From positions 307,830,001 through 307,894,000 of the forward strand of contig OZ024743.1 of assembly GCA_964016885.1 (NCBI GenBank): a stretch of DNA of 64,000 bases, given 5' to 3'. The notes under the pieces were generated by a model. The model was not told the origin of the DNA. It was given only the letters and a program-made list of their open reading frames with translations, and ran no database searches. Below, piece by piece: positions 63,451 to 64,000 of the stretch (positions within the stretch are counted from its first letter, which is position 1; each line of letters opens with the position of its first letter). The translations under genes and the position numbers were made by a program. The stretch is from Eledone cirrhosa. Taxonomy: Eukaryota.

Positions 63451-63685
63451 TTAACCCTTTTAACACCAAACCAATTGAAACCATCACTCGTTCAATGATA
63501 GAAAACTGATTTTGTTCTAAAGTGATTATATTTATCTAGAAACATTCCATCATAGTTTAATGTAAAAATCTGTGTTGAGTTATGTTCCAAACACCAGCTT
63601 AATATTAATTCTTGATTATTTTCAAGAAAATATTTGAATATCATCAACAGTATTTTTATTAGAAATATGGTAAAGAAAGGATTAA
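63451..63685. mobile_element. TTAA-flanked MITE family 2; copies or fragments near 10268-11270, 12809-13020, 16559-16816, 17299-17452, 18745-18940 and 63684-63810
   Basis: ttaacccttt..gaaacc..ggttctatgatacaaaactg ... agaaatatggtaaagaaagg(g)ttaa. Confidence 0.7.
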
Positions 63686-64000
63686 CAATGGTTCTTATAT
63701 AAAATTATGACAGAAGGTTTTTTTTATATGAATATAAACACTTTAACCGAAGCAGTTGTGTATCACAGAACCAGGGGTGGTTTCAGGTGGTTTGGTCACA
63801 AAAGTGTTAAGATGGTGTTTGAAACATAACTTAACAAAGGTTTGGTATCAAAGGAGTTAGGAATCAGTGTTACTTTTCAGTTAGCAGGAAAAATAAAGAA
63901 AAGAATTAATGAAAATGTTATCAATAGTTTATGTGTCTCGTAATTTCAAATTATCTCCTAAAAATCAATAAATATAAGATTTTCATTGAATTATTGCATT

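Overview
AT-rich, intron-rich animal genomic DNA. The SINE/RTE repeat repertoire suggests a cephalopod such as Octopus; that assignment is an inference. The only host gene I can support is the 3' part of an ATG2 autophagy lipid-transfer gene on the + strand. It has 16 GT-AG exons from 1476 to the stop at 50854, all phase-compatible, giving 2399 nt (about 798 aa); the 5' part lies upstream of the window. Introns and the downstream flank are packed with mobile DNA: several RTE-clade LINE families with a C4HC3 PHD finger inserted after the RT core, a CR1 LINE, two CRE-type fragments, a DD37D/maT transposon with intact TIRs, tRNA-derived SINEs, TTAA-flanked MITEs, and mini- and microsatellites. 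The most notable unexplained signal is a set of sequence-diverse type I hammerhead ribozyme motifs. About six have complete cores and several more are decayed. They sit in short non-coding palindromic or direct-repeat modules between (TA)n tracts, resembling Penelope-like pLTRs or retrozymes, and several have unusually long helix II insertions. All structures were folded by eye and are untested.
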